The translations under genes and the position numbers were made by a program. From NCBI GenBank assembly GCA_964188305.1, contig OZ076885.1: a stretch of 64,000 bases of DNA, one strand, 5' to 3'. Positions 11,946 to 25,541 of the stretch are shown piece after piece. This DNA comes from Podarcis bocagei (taxonomy: Eukaryota). Under the pieces are notes generated by a model. It saw only the letters and a list, made by a program, of their open reading frames with translations, was not told the origin of the DNA and did no database searches. The first letter of the stretch is position 1. Every line of letters begins with the position of its first letter.

Positions 11946-14168
11946 TATAATGATTTGTGTTTATCATGTCCTTCTCTTGACATATTAGGATGCTTCTGTA
12001 TTTATGAAAAAATAGTGAATCCTAGATCTTCAAACACTCCAGAATTTAGGGATTTTATGAAGTACTTCATGTGGCATTTGTTACAGTACATAATTGTATA
12101 GAATTCATTGTGCTTCCCCGAAGAACAAATGATCCATGTTACTCATCAATCTGTTTTATGTTTAGTGAACAGCATACATAAAAGTCTTTGGGGGTTTCCT
12201 AAGAGGTTTCTTTTTGACAGCACATAAAATTAATATTGTTTGGTCATGGTATTAACCTTGACCTTAAATTCAGCATACTTAATCCTGTGATTAATGTTAT
12301 GATTAAGCTAAACAGCAAATTCTGGAAGCTTAAATATTTGTGAATTCAAGCATGAAATAAAATTCTAATAACCACTACAATGATGTGGATATATGAATTG
12401 TGTTGCTTGCTAAAGATAACCTGGAACTGGTGTCTCATAAAGTAATTTGTCAATAGGCAGTCTTCTTTTTGCAGCAGACTCTTCCCTGGTCTACCTTTCT
12501 ATCTGATGCTCCAAAATCATGGAGCATTATTTCTTCAGGCATCCTCTCAGAGATTGATGGAAGATTCTTTCTCAACACAATTTGATCTTTAAATCAATCA
12601 TCATAATTTTCAACTAGAGTTCTAGACATGCATATTCTGCAATAAGGAATGCAGTAGTTTCAGTAAGGAATGAGAACAGTACTAAAAAAGAGAATTGGGT
12701 TTTTGGGGAGTGGATAGCTTAGTAATTCACCATAGGTGGGAGCTATTTTTCTCCAATGACTTCTGACGAGGAGATTCTGCTTAAAATGTGCAGTTATTCC
12801 TCAGTATGTAGCATGGTGCTGCTTCACAGAAACAGTGAAGTACCTCTGCTGCAAGACAAAATTATAAAGTTGCCTGTGAAGAAGCTTGCTTGGTAATAGT
12901 GTGCCATTGGTTAAATTCTGATTGCTGATGACAGTTAAATCCTACCATCCCTCTGGCTGTTCTTTCTATCAGAATTAGGCAATAGAGATTCTGACATGGT
13001 CAGAAGCATTTCTTTAGTCATCTATTTATTCCACACACACACACACACCCGTATAGAATAGTGCTAACAAAAAGCAGATTATATAAGGCTATCTCTTTAT
13101 GGATTAAATTCTGAGCTATAGCCTACTTTAAATCACAGAGTGTTAGTCCTGTCCTAGGACTAACAGCAGTTTGGGGAGGGGGGGTGTTTTTCAGCACAAT
13201 GGTGCAGGAGGAAAGTGTTGACCATGGACACGGTGGAATCCTAATCAGACCTCCTTGCACTTTCCATTTCTATTTTAACAACAATAACAAAACATTAATG
13301 AAAGTAATGAACAAACCATGGTAGAGTTAGGGGCAATTTGGCACATGGACTCAAACTCTTTTGACTGGCAAGTTATCAACTCCTCTGCTAGCACCGAAGA
13401 TTTTGGTGAGTGGCAAAGGTTTTGGCCTTTTTTTGGTAGTGAATCATTTTTAAGTGTTATAGGTTCCTTATCACTGGAACACTCATTTTTGGACTGTAGA
13501 AAAGTATTTGCTGTTATGCATCCCACGTGTTTTTGGATGCCAATGTGCATTGGGATTAGTACCACCAGGAAATCCATTATGATAGGAGAATGGATTCATG
13601 GCATCCTGTGTTCTCATATATTCATTGTTGTTGGCATCCGTCCGTCTCGAGAGACAATGTAAGGGAAGTGTTGCCTTCTGTGGATATCAGTGTTCCTTCT
13701 ACTAAATAAATAAAGTCTTAATGTCACAGTTTTTTATTTATTATTGACTCGTATTGTGCTTTATTCTTGCATAATGATTTAAACACATTTTTCTCCATGT
13801 GCCAGCTGTCCTGTTGTGCTGAGCACTCCAATTTTCTCATAGCAACTTCTTCAGGGTTATTTCATACAATACGTATATGATATGTTGAAGATTTGATCAG
13901 TTAATGAAAGAGAGCCAGTTTATTGAAGAGGCCAAAGATAGGACTTTTAATAGCCAATCTGTTTTCGTCGTCTTTTGAAAATGCTATTGCTGTTGCTACG
14001 ATATCTTCAAAGAAGTGCCTCTTTTTTGGTTTGTCGCCTGCTGACCTTGTGCTGTTTTGTTATGGCTACCAGCAAATGAGAATGGGATCACATCAAGGAT
14101 ATAGTTGAATGAACATCTTGCTTGATGCATCTGAAGCTGTGCCTAACAAAAGATCCCTATATCTGCAG

Positions 14169-14240
14169 GTTGAAAACTGGTGTCCCCGTTTACCCTGGAG
14201 AGCAAAAAATCCTAATGAAGAAACTGATCAAAAGACGATG
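14169..14240 (+). CDS. MGAT5: MGAT5 coding exon 5 (VENWCPRLPWRAKNPNEETDQKTM)
   Basis: gcag|GTT...ATG|gtaagg, 72 bp; not in the ORF track, translated by hand. Confidence 0.96.
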
Positions 14241-14822
14241 GTAAGGAGTATGTCTCAAAGCTTTCAAAATGGTTAACAAAGTGGGCCTTGGAGTTACCTT
14301 AAGTTCAGCTTTCTGTGTAGGGAGAAAAAACCAAAAACAAATCTTGGGCCATAAAGTAAACCCTAAACCGTCTGAATGCCTAGTAATTCTGGTCCTAATC
14401 TCACACACTTGCTTTTTCTTGCCATTCTTTTGGAAACATGCATTTGTTGGACATACTTAGAAGTTAATACACGATTTTTAGATACTACAGCAAATATTTG
14501 GAAGCATACTTTTTATATTGCAGGTAGGTCTATTCAGTCAGCAGACATATTTGGTGTAATGTATGAAATGACCAAAGTAATATGGGGGGAGGGGAGAACA
14601 CACATGATGAGCTCAATTATCACACAGATAATATCTGAGAGCTTACTTTCCATTTCCCAACTTTGTGAGTTTGAATTTTGGAATATCTGTATGCATTTTT
14701 TAAATAAATGAAGTGGAATGACACTGTGCCTCACACACCCACACACTTTAGAGAGATTTCCTATTAGGAAAAAAAAATCATTTTTGCAATATCACTTTTA
14801 AAACTTTTCTGTTTAATTGAAG

Positions 14823-14984
14823 GCTGAAATCAGAACGAATTTTGAATTGCTATACAAAATGATGTCCAGGCATGAAGAGTTCCGGTGGATGATGCTACGA
14901 ATAAGAAGGATGGCAGACACTTGGATAGAAGCAATTAAATCACTTGCTGAAAAACAAAACCTGGAGAGGAGAAAACGAAAAAAA
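14823..14984 (+). CDS. MGAT5: MGAT5 coding exon 6 (AEIRTNF...ERRKRKK)
   Basis: gaag|GCT...AAA|gtgagt, 162 bp. Confidence 0.96.
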
Positions 14985-15380
14985 GTGAGTTCTGCTCCAA
15001 GGCAGAAATACCATTTACATTGCTTCATCTAGAAAACTGCCCATTAGCTCTAAGTGTCGAGTAGGAGTTGGTTCAATATACTTGCCATATGTCAGTATAC
15101 CCTCTTTGTAGGTCAGAGAAAAAGAGAGAGGTAACTAAGCTAGCAATGCAAAATGCTTCCAATTGGTGACACTTAACTAGGTAGTGTATGCTAACTAAAA
15201 ACCAGTTACAATTCTCTGCCAGTGGGATTTTAATCCAATTAAAAACATGAATCCAAGGAAAGGAGCATTTTGAGGATAAAGCTAAAGTAGTATCTGAATA
15301 ACCTTGATTCTGGATGGACAGGTATTGACTTGCAATCTCTCCATGGTGTTAAGGGCCCAATAAAAACTGATTTCAAATGT

Positions 15381-15740
15381 CAGACCCTCCAAGTATCCCT
15401 GTTTTCCAGGGACAGTCCAGGATTTACAGAAGCCATCCTGGTTTCTGATTTGATCCTGAAATGTCCCGCTTTTCCTTAGGATGTCCCTATTTTCATTGGA
15501 TAAATGTTGGAGGGTATGGAGTTATGCGACCCCTGAGCCAAGGAGATAAGTAACTATGCAACCTTTAGAAGGCAGCCCTGTATAGGGAATTTTTTAAAAG
15601 TTTGTTTTGTTATATTTTTATATATGTTGTAAGCTGCCAGAGTGGATGCGGCAACCCAGTCAGATGGGTGGAGCATGATGATGATGATGATTAAATAGGA
15701 CATTCCTATTTTCATCACAGAGAAAATAGTTGGAGACTAT
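15381..15740. mobile_element. Probable DNA-transposon MITE (ACCCTCCAA...TTGGAGGGT), degenerate
   Basis: Internal inverted repeat and repeated TCCC(G/T)(A/C)TTTT(C) subunits; boundaries approximate. Confidence 0.45.
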
Positions 15741-17427
15741 GAAATATTAGCATTATGTATGGAATACCTTTATTTTAATCCAGATGTCTAGAGTTAGAAT
15801 TATACCCCGGGTGCACTTTTTCATTGCAGAATTTATCTGCAATGTAGTCCTTCTAGGACTAAAAAGGAGCACAAAAAGCACCTGGGACACAAAATATCCT
15901 AAGAAAACTAATTGTATTTTATATGTGGGGTGCTTTTTGGCCTTGCAAATACAATAATTTGGGGTATGATTTTCCTAGTCATCACAGAATCATAGAGTTG
16001 GATGAGACCATGAGGTATCCAGCTCCCTGCAATGCAGAAATATTTTGCCCTATGTGGGGCTCAGAACCACATCCCTGTGATCCAACCAGGTTGGTGCAGG
16101 TTTATGGTGAGATGGTGATAGTTGCCATTGGTGTACTTTATTGCTCCAGCCACTGTTAATATCCTGGCATTTTAAAAAAGTCCCATGGTTTTTTCAAACA
16201 AAAACTGATCCAGGAAAAGCATTCATTAATTCTTCTGGCACCAGCCCACATGGCTCTTTTTGGGGACATCTTACAACCCCAAGTTTCACTCCAGTTTTGT
16301 TTGGGATATAAAAATGTCCCCCAAAACTATTTGTGTTATGCCTTTCTGTGGTCTGAGTCAGTGATAATGTGAAAGCATTTTTGGCAGTCTCCTTTCGGCC
16401 ATAAGGAAATGATTTAATTTTCTCACAGGGTACCTCACAGATAACCTCTTGTTATTGTAATGAGAATAATTGGGGTTAAATCACATTAGAAGTAACTGGT
16501 ACTAATATAATTGGCACCACCAGATCAGAAGGGGTCCTGTACCAGCAGTTAAACCAGAGAGTATTTATTCTGGATAGACATTTTAAAAAAACAAAACATT
16601 AGATTGTGCAGAACATGGACTAACCTTCAGGGATTATATAATTGGAAACTAAACGATATATCCTAACCGTGAATACAGAATTTGAAGAGAAACTGAAACC
16701 TGCAACAACCTGCCAGACTCAGCGGAATCACATTTAAGATGTAACATCAAATGAATGACCAATAAAAAGCCTTAAATATAGTGTATTGCTTTTTGTTATT
16801 GACTGCATACTGGGTTCTGCAAACAGCTAAGGGACTAAGGGCTTTGGGTTGTATGTGTATACGTACTTACAGGCAGGGAAGCCCACCACAGTCCACATTA
16901 GATGATTCTCTAATCACCGTTAGATTAGAGAATTAACTTCCTATTAATATTAGGCAGGCACCTTCATTGTACTGGTTTTTTTGGTGCCTTCTAAAAACAT
17001 TTTTTCCACCAACAAGCATCCCTAGAAATGTAATTTGATCATATGCATTTGTTCTCAGAACTGTTGCTTTTATCTGTATTTTGATAATTGTATTGTGTTT
17101 ACTGTTTTCAAAGCTTATTTTATTGCTATATTGAATTGGTATTTTGTATGTTTTATGTGAATCTCTTAAGAGACTGTGATTTAGTGGTATTTGAATTTTG
17201 CTGGCTAAATAAATGATACTGCTAAGACAGTAGCCCTGTTCATGTTTCACTCTTGCGCAGGGCATAAATGTTTAGGGAGTGGGGAGTGGCTCACTTTTAG
17301 TCCCACCATCTTACTTGTTCTGTAAGGGGAAAATACCACTGTATGAGCACATTTGCAGGAGCTCCACGTAGTCTGAGAACCTAATTGTGGTGTGTGTGTG
17401 TGTGTGTGCGTGTGCGCGCGCGCCAAC

Positions 17428-17599
17428 CAGTGGCGTAGCGTGGGTTGCCTGGGGCAAGGCAAGTATCGTTGCAGCTGTGATGCCTGTGAGCATCAAGCAG
17501 GATGGGGTTTTGGTCAGAAGTGGGTATCTTTCAAAAGTCTATGCAAAGGGAACCTGAGCAACTGGCCATCACCAGTTCTGTGTGAGGCAGAGGGCGTGC

Positions 17600-17657
<58 letters not shown>

Positions 17658-17744
17658 TTCTTTTTATCTTATGAAATTTTGCACCCCTAACAATTTTGCG
17701 CCCAGGGCAACTTCCCCCATTGCCCCGCCCATGCTACGCCACAG
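17428..17744. mobile_element. hAT-like MITE (TIR CAGTGGCGTAGC) containing a (TTA)n microsatellite
   Basis: CAGTGGCGTAGCGTGGG...CCCATGCTACGCCACAG; degenerate 8-bp flanks. Confidence 0.7.
17600..17655. repeat. (TTA)n microsatellite
   Basis: Directly visible. Confidence 0.95.
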
Positions 17745-18183
17745 GTCCCAGCTGTGCAGATCCCCAGCTCACAAACAGGAAGCTTGCACATGCTTCTCAC
17801 ACAAAAGTGAGGCCTTGCTTCTCTCTCTGCACACTTCTGCCCACATGAGTAGGTCTGAAGTAATTTCAATAATTGATGCCTTTGAATGCATGACTTATTC
17901 TCTTAGTTTCTTTTCCTTTTGCATTGTGCCTGTTAGCCTGTGAGTCTGTGGCTGAGGAGTATCTTGTGTGTGTTTTTAACATTTTGTAGATGCTGTAAAT
18001 GAACAGCTCCACATGCTTAGAAAATACTAGGTGTTTTATAAGTGATTGAAATAATTAAGTACAACTATTTAATATTCTATGTTGTAGCAATTGGGGCTAT
18101 TGATGTAAAATGATGTTATAGTTAAACCCTCTGTTCAATATATATCCAGTACTGAATACTTACATTTCAGCTTTCTTTTTCAG

Positions 18184-18353
18184 GTCCTTGTTCATCTGGG
18201 ACTCCTCACAAAAGAATCTGGATTCAAGATTGCAGAAAATGCCTTTAGTGGTGGCCCACTTGGTGAATTAGTCCAGTGGAGTGATTTAATTACATCTCTC
18301 TATTTACTGGGCCATGACATTAGGATTTCAGCTTCATTGGCAGAGCTCAAGGA
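18184..18353 (+). CDS. MGAT5: MGAT5 coding exon 7 (VLVHLG...GGPLGELVQWSD...LKE), includes the Glu equivalent to human catalytic E297
   Basis: tcag|GTC...GGA|gtaagg, 170 bp. Confidence 0.97.
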
Positions 18354-19445
18354 GTAAGGAGATTATTTTCCACTTTGAAACTTGAGTACCAAAAAACCCC
18401 CTTCCTTTAACTGCAAACTCTCTTGAAGCCTTTATTCTACAGCCTATAATTTTGTGAAGAGGAAAATGAAAGTGATAATTCACTAAACAGATGATAAGTA
18501 GATTATTTTCATAAGCTAAATATGTGCACCATGAAAAGCATAATATGTTTTCATTGTCACTGCTTCCTCCTTAGGCTTCATAAATGAATGCTGGAAAATT
18601 CAGAACTAAGCAGTTCTATTCTCTGCCATTACAGGTGTGCTAGACATCTGCAGCAAGAGAAATGTCTTCTAATTTGTTTCCTCTTTTTCTTAAATAACCT
18701 TTATTTCCAACATGAAACTGTTTATCAGCAAATTAGATTGGTTGTGGTTAATTTGTGTGAAAGCCATCGTTTTTTCAGACAGGTTTTGGATTTTGAGCTA
18801 TTTTCTGAAGATCCTGTTCTTCAGCACGCGACCCATAATTTCCAAATTATTTCCAAATTAAGCCCGTGGTTACACTGTATTGTGCTGGGGGTAATGTTTA
18901 ATAGCACAGGTGGTGGTACAGTAAGCCCACAACGCATGCTCACTTAATTTGTTTGCATTCAGCCTTGCGCTCTTGGCAAAAAATGCAAACAAATGATAAA
19001 AGATAAAAGGCAGAAAGGGGGCAGGCTTCTGGGAACAAAGGCAAACCCCACCCACCATGACATCTAACATGTTTTGACTATACGTGGTTTTAGGCGTGAT
19101 CCCAGGAACGTAACCCCTGCATAGTTGTGGGCTGACTGTATTTGTATGTCAGAAACCGATGAGCTTTGATTTCAGGGCCCCAAAGAACTGTTCTGCTGTA
19201 CCATAGCTCAACTCAATAAGCCTGAAAGACTTCTCTATTATGCTTCCTTGTAAATTAAGCCACAGAGTTAATGTATGGCAGCTAGTCCCGGAAGTGCGCG
19301 CGCTTGTATTTGTATAATATACATAAGCAGCCATGAATTAAAATGTTTACAATATGGGCTTAAAGGATTAGTCATACTATTTGGTGACACTCCTTTGGTA
19401 CATGAATAGGCCCATTTGTGCAAAGAATTATGTGAGTTTAAAGTA

Positions 19446-19834
19446 CCGTATTTTTCGCCCTATAGGACACACCGTCCCATAAGGCACACCTAGTTTTTTG
19501 GGGGGGAAATAAAGGGGAAAAAATTTATTTCCCCCCCAGGCCCGAGCTTCCCCCGACCCCAGCCCCCAGAACAGGCAACTCTCCGCAAGCCACGGGAGCC
19601 CAGCGCCGGGCTCCCGCGGCTTGCGGAGAGGTGCGCGAAGTCTGGACGCGCTGAGTTCAGCGCACCCAGCCTTCGGCATGCAGGCAACTCTCTGCAAGCC
19701 GCGGGAGCCCGGCGCTGGGCTCCCGCGGCTTGCGGAGAGGTGCGCAAAGCCTGCATTCGCCCCATAGGACGCACACACATTTCCCCTTCATTTTTGGAAG
19801 GGAAAAAGTGCCCCCTATGGGGCGAAAAATACGG
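19446..19834. mobile_element. CCGTATTTTT-family MITE with a duplicated GC-rich internal hairpin
   Basis: TA|CCGTATTTTTCGCCC...GGGCGAAAAATACGG|TA; ~110-bp internal tandem duplication. Confidence 0.88.
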
Positions 19835-21081
19835 TAATAGGGTATCCCTATCTGTTTTAATCTGGTCTGGTTTCACTGTATTTCTGCCAGTGCAGGGAGC
19901 ACATGTTTATGCTAAGGAAGTTATCAAGTGTTAACCCTGTTGTGGACATTTCCATGTATCAATACCTCTGTCAGTAGTGCTGTTTGCTGAAATTTGAGAC
20001 TAATGCGATTTCAAAATGAGACTAGCATAATTTCTCTGGAGACTGAGGATCTGGCAAGTTAGTTGCATCTGGAAAGACCAAATTTTTTGAGGCAAGCTTT
20101 GGTCTTGGTAGAGAGCCCACCAGGCCCCTCACTTTCCCGATACATAAAACCCCAATAAGAAATTGGAAGCACATTGTAGCTCACCTACTACAAAATGGGG
20201 AAGAAGAGCTATTGCGCATGTGCACACCCATGTGCACACCCACACCGTGGTAAGCTCAGGGATTTATTCCTCTTGCAGTGTTTCACAAGTATACAATACA
20301 AGGAGAATTGGCTTCTCTGAGACATGTAGCTCACAGAGGGAAAACAGAACCCAAGGTCTGTTGTGAAGGTTACCTATCAGTATTGGATTGCTAGGCAGGA
20401 AATGGGAAGGTGCACTCAATGAAGGGTGTGGAATTCCTTATAGGGAAGATGCCCTCCAGCTCCAACCTATTCCATATCCTGCTTCCATTCCCTGACACAA
20501 TATTCCACTTCATTCTAGTGGGGCTCCTGGAGAAGGCAGCAGTGAAGAGTAGAGGACACGAAAGCCATGTTGCACAAACCATATTTTTCACATTAGTCTT
20601 TGCCTGCACACTACAGTAAGCCATACTACAGTTTTCTGGGACTCTGTGGGTGTGCAGGTACAAGGAGAGTTGGTTGCAACCATTATGCTTTCTTCCTGGT
20701 CTTTTTTTAACTCCTCTGCTGAGCTAACCAACGATTTGGCTTAGCTTGTTTTCCAAACCCAAGTGCTGAGAACAAGCCTTGGCTGTAGCTCACAGTTAGC
20801 AAGGAAAGAGCCTAACCACAAGGCCAGGTTTTGATGACGCACTAAATCAAACCATGGCTTAAGATGGGATGAGTAAAGTGACTCATCTCCAGGAATCCAC
20901 ATGTTCTCACAGTCCTGGTAAACCATAGTTTGACATATGGTGTTCTGTGAACCAGACCAGCAAGATGTTAGATCAGCACTGATCATTTGAGGGTTAGAAT
21001 ACTGCCTTGGACAGGCTTTTGGAGTTGCAGTGACTCCTGCTCAGACACTGCTCTTCAAAAATCCTGTTGAGGCAATACATG

Positions 21082-21084
<3 letters not shown>

Positions 21085-21122
<38 letters not shown>
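21085..21122. repeat. (AC)n microsatellite
   Basis: Directly visible. Confidence 0.95.
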
Positions 21123-21124
<2 letters not shown>

Positions 21125-21253
21125 GTTTGTTAGTCATTCTGTCTCTGGGAATGGAAAAATAAAAGCTCACTGTTAAGACTAAATTTATTTCATTCTTATG
21201 TATGAATGCAGGAATTCGGTGGAAATGAAGTTTTTCTTTTTTCTTACTATTAG

Positions 21254-21388
21254 GATTATGAAGAAGGTTGTTGGTAACAGATCTGGCTGCCCAACTCAAG
21301 GGGATAAAGTAGTGGAACTAATTTACATTGACATTGTTGGACTGACTCAGTTCAAGAAAACCCTTGGACCATCCTGGGTTCACTATCA
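21254..21388 (+). CDS. MGAT5: MGAT5 coding exon 8 (IMKKVVGNRSGCP...WVHYQ)
   Basis: ttag|GATT...TCA|gtaagt, 135 bp. Confidence 0.97.
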
Positions 21389-23692
21389 GTAAGTATTCCT
21401 TTCTAAAGCAGTTTATCAGAAGGAATTGTGGTTTCACATATCTAGTGCATTTTTACAACTTTTTCCTCCTTGTCCCTGATGTGGAATCTGAATTTTTAAA
21501 CTAGCCCTATTTTTGTGCTGCTCTCCTATAGAGCATTCACATAAGGCCATGACGCCTTACCCAGGCAGTCCTCACATCTTGTGTGGACGTCGGAAAAAAA
21601 CTCCTGTGTATGAGTAGCTTCTTTTTCATAGGAGCTCTGTTCATTTGCAAGTCTGTGCACAACAAGCAGCCTTGCTCTTGCTTTAAGACACAAGTGCCCA
21701 ACCTGTAAGAAATTGTATGACAGTAGCTTCTTCATCCCTTATGTCCCTCAAGGCCAGAGCATTGGGAGTCTACCCCCTGCTTCAGTGAAGTGGAACTGGA
21801 AAATTCCTGGATATCAGGAGGATAAATCTTGCACAGAGCAGGAATGTAGTATTTTTTTCTTAAGACTAAGATTCCTGATTTATGCAAACCTGAATCTGAT
21901 TCTACTGTGGAATAGCTAATCCACTAACTTGTCGTTTATATGCCACTGAAGAAGAAGTTTGAAATGCATCTGGCAATTGGAGTCACTACTTTTTGCTGAT
22001 TAGATTTATTAATCTCTGTTTTGTTATCTGTTTTGTTTTTCAATACTTGATTATGCGTATCTGAAAGTAAACTTAACCAAAATAAATTGTATTATTTTGC
22101 ATTCTTCTTGCTTTTTAGTTGCTTTAGTTTTTTGTGGTCAGGGTCACTCAGGTGTATTTATTTTGGTGCACTGTGAACAAACCTTGTATTCATACCCGCC
22201 CTTCTCCCCACTGACACCCAATTACTTCCTCTTACAAACAATCCAGGGCTTGTTTTTCTATCCAGAGTGGTGAACTGAACTACAGTTTATACTTGCTCTC
22301 CAAATCATGTTTTCAAATCAGCTTCAAGCTGTGGTTTGCCATTCTAGTTTGGAGTGAAAGCATAATCCATATTTGGATGACTCAAATGTAATAGGCTTAC
22401 AGGAAATATTTTTTTCAGATGAGCAAGGAGAGTGTGCATGTGTGTGCAAGCTTTATCACGTAGCACCAAGCCACGGTTTGCAGTTGTAGCAGAACAGAAC
22501 CTGAAAAACATAATTGAAAATATGAATGGGCAACATATATTCACTCATTTTTCATTCATGTAGATTTACATTGCCACTGGATTCCACAATTTTAGAAACT
22601 GAGCAGATTCTGTTAGGAAGAAGATGGGAGGAAAAAATGTGCCTGACAAATTAAAACCTCATTGTTTTCCTTCTTCCTAGTTCATTAAATATATGAAATA
22701 ACATGAATATTTCAACTTTTCTTTGCTGCTTTTCTTTACCAAATGGTTCAAATTGAAAAAAGGCTGTTTTTAGCATTTGAGGTAACTCAGTTAACTATTC
22801 ATTTTGCAGCATGAACTGAGTAATGGAATAAAGTGCTTTGGAAAGCTATGGGCTCTGGAGGCATTTGTTGACGATGGGTTCCAACAATTTCTTGCCTTTT
22901 CAGTTCAGGAAGTTGAATTAGTTATCCTTTGGTTTTCTTAAAGCTTTCTGTTTTCCAGTTATTCTTTGGTACTCTATAAAGTGGAAGTCAGCAAAACACC
23001 TCCAAGTGGTATAGCATTAAAACTGCTAGCATATTTGCAAAGCTAAGTAGAGTCTGGTATGGTTTCAAATTGGATAGGGGACCATGTGTTGAGATTCCTG
23101 CATTGCAGGGGTTGGACTATATGGCCCCTGGCATCCCTTTCAGTCCTATAATTCTATTAAAAGTAGAGGAGAAGAAAACTTAACAGTAAAGCTACTTTAG
23201 GAATCACATTATATACATTTTCTTAACTTTGGTTTACTTTCCTTCAAACATTATTTTTAAGAGTGCACCATATGCATAACAGTGCATTAAAACTTGACTT
23301 GGTGATTCATTTCTTTGTTATCAGTGTTAATGCAATGGGGAGAATAATAAATATTATGTAACCTGTCACTGTATTTCAGATAGTTAATTCAGCCTACTCA
23401 TTTTGCTAATCCTTATCTTCCAAGAATCATCCCACGTCCTGCATTTGGCTTAAAACCAAATGCTTTTATTCAAATCCCACTCTCCTTTCCACAGTATAAC
23501 CCAACAGCTTCCTTCTGCTGTATGATTTATTCTACTAAATAATACGTTTGGTTCCCGACAAGCACTTGATGTAATCAAAAAATAATTCTGCTGCTGCAAA
23601 ATGTTTTCACTGAAAGCGGTTGACATGAAGCTTTGAATTTCAGCTACCCAGTGCAGACTTAGGGGACTTAGAATGTGGAAGTATCATGGATG

Positions 23693-23910
23693 CATAAAAT
23701 AGAATCACAGAATTGTAGCATTGAAAGGGACACCGAGGGTCATCTAGTCCAACCCTCTGTAATACAGGAAACTCAGCTAAAGCATCCATGACAGGTGGCC
23801 ATCCAACCTCTGCTTAAAAGCCTCCAAGGAAGGACAGTCCACTTCCCAAGGGAGTCTGATCCACTCTCCAACAGCTCTTATTGTTAGAAAATCCTTATTT
23901 GTGTTTAATT
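23693..23910 (-). mobile_element. CR1 LINE 3' end
   Basis: Reverse complement of a CR1 tail (CATAGAAT-like repeats, GGTCATCTAGTCCAACC). Confidence 0.8.
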
Positions 23911-24349
23911 TACTGCAGCTCTTCTCTTCCCCCCACCCCACCTCTTGATCCCATTCCAACTCTGAAACTGCCTTTCAAATACTTTTCCTATCAAAACTTC
24001 TCAACAAAGTACTCCTAGGCCATTGTTGAGAAGTACTTCTAGGCCATTTTTCAGTGGACACGTGCCAATAAGAATAATAATACTTGGTATTTAGGGAGAA
24101 TGGGCCCTTTCTAAGTCCCAAGATTGCTAGGTTTATTATGTAAATTGGCCCGTGGTGTTGCTATCAGAGGCAGATGTTTACCATATTTTCTTTGGCATGA
24201 ATAAATATGAATAGTAACCATGCTGATTTGTTGATGCATATCATGGTATTGCTTTTATTCTCAGTTATGCCAGAAATTTCTGTATCAGCTTTAGAAGGCA
24301 TGGTCACCAATTACTAACACTGTTGCTGCCTTCCTTTATCTTTGCACAG

Positions 24350-24483
24350 GTGCATGTTACGAGTGCTAGATTCATTTGGGACTGAACCAGAGTTTAACCA
24401 TGCTCATTATGCCCAATCTAAAGGCCACAAAACTCCATGGGGAAAATGGAACCTTAACCCACAACAATTCTACACAATGTTTC
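24350..24483 (+). CDS. MGAT5: MGAT5 coding exon 9 (CMLRVLDSFGTEPEF...FYTMF)
   Basis: acag|GTGC...TTC|gtaagt, 134 bp. Confidence 0.97.
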
Positions 24484-25002
24484 GTAAGTTCAAGTTGTTT
24501 ACAAAAGCAATTTTTGCTTTTCAGAATAGGAGTTAGCCCTCGGAGTCATCCAAGTCGAGATATTACATAAAAAAGAATATATGTCCACATATTAAACTGT
24601 TTTTATAGGTCTGTAGTTATTTTGGTATCCTTCACTTTTAATATTATAAGTCTTTGAATATAATGAAAGGGTAAACATATATTCTAAGCACTTATTAAAT
24701 GCTAGGGGCTGCATCCCTGCTCTCTTTGCTGGACCATCCCACCTACCCTTATCAACCCCCTCACCAAAGCCACCCCCTCCCCTTACGCATCATCAAAGAC
24801 ACTCTCTCCCCTCCCTCCTCTTCCCTTTTCTCCTTACATCTTGCCAGACATCTTGCTCACTTACCTGGGTCACCCATCCTCTGGCCTGTGCCACCTCCTG
24901 CCTTTCTATCTCCCTCCTCCTCAGCCCCTTATGCTGCTGCCTTGGCCCAGCAGTTCTGAGACCAGTTTTGTGTTTTTTTTTACCATGCTGTACCTCACAG
25001 TG

Positions 25003-25252
25003 ACGATGTGGGTTAAGCCACAGAACCTAGGACTTGCTGATCAGAAGGTCGGCGGTTCGAATCATCGCCTGGTCCCAGCTCCTGCCCACCTAGCAGGCGT
25101 TTCCGTGCGCTGCTCTGGTTCGCCAGAAGCGGCTTAGTCATGCTGGCCACATGACCCGGAAGCTGTACGCCGGCTCCCTCGGCCAATAAAGCGAGATGAG
25201 CGCCGCAACTCCAGAGTCGGTCATGACTGGACCTAATGGTCAGGGGTCCCTT
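25003..25252 (+). mobile_element. Sauria SINE (Squam1-type), partly deleted
   Basis: tRNA-like box B GGTTCGAATC; typical body ATGCTGGCCACATGACC; 3' CCTTTACC; 12-bp TSD TACCTCACAGTG at 24991-25002 and 25253-25264. Confidence 0.85.
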
Positions 25253-25407
25253 TACCTCACAGTGCTACCTGTCAACAGCCATGTGAATTGCAGCATGACA
25301 ATATCCTTAGGAAAATACATAATAGAAGATAAGACTTATGACAGTGTTGCAGTGATGCATAATGACGCAGTGCTGACTTTTTGTTTGTTTGGTTGATTGG
25401 TTTACAG

Positions 25408-25541
25408 CTCACACTCCAGACAATAGTTTCCTTGGTTTTGTTGTGGAACAATATCTGAATTCCAGTGACATCAAGCACTTCAACGTAATTAAAAGGCAGG
25501 ACCAGTCGCTTGTCTATGGCAAAGTTGATAACTTCTGGAAG
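25408..25541 (+). CDS. MGAT5: MGAT5 coding exon 10 (HTPDNSFLGFVVEQ...DNFWK)
   Basis: acag|CTC...AAG|gtgagt, 134 bp. Confidence 0.97.

Noticed and set aside
17392-17943. 183-aa ORF with poly-Leu, and other VC/TH/ER/SL-repeat ORFs
   Set aside because: Produced by microsatellites and MITEs.
21429-21457. Gapped similarity of intron 8 to the exon 8/9 junction; similar gapped echoes at the starts of introns 6 (ELVQ codons), 10, 13 and 15
   Set aside because: They need 2-3 gaps. As a control, the start of intron 10 aligned about as well to exon 9, which is not its next exon, so such gapped matches arise by chance. Include them only in a formal test.
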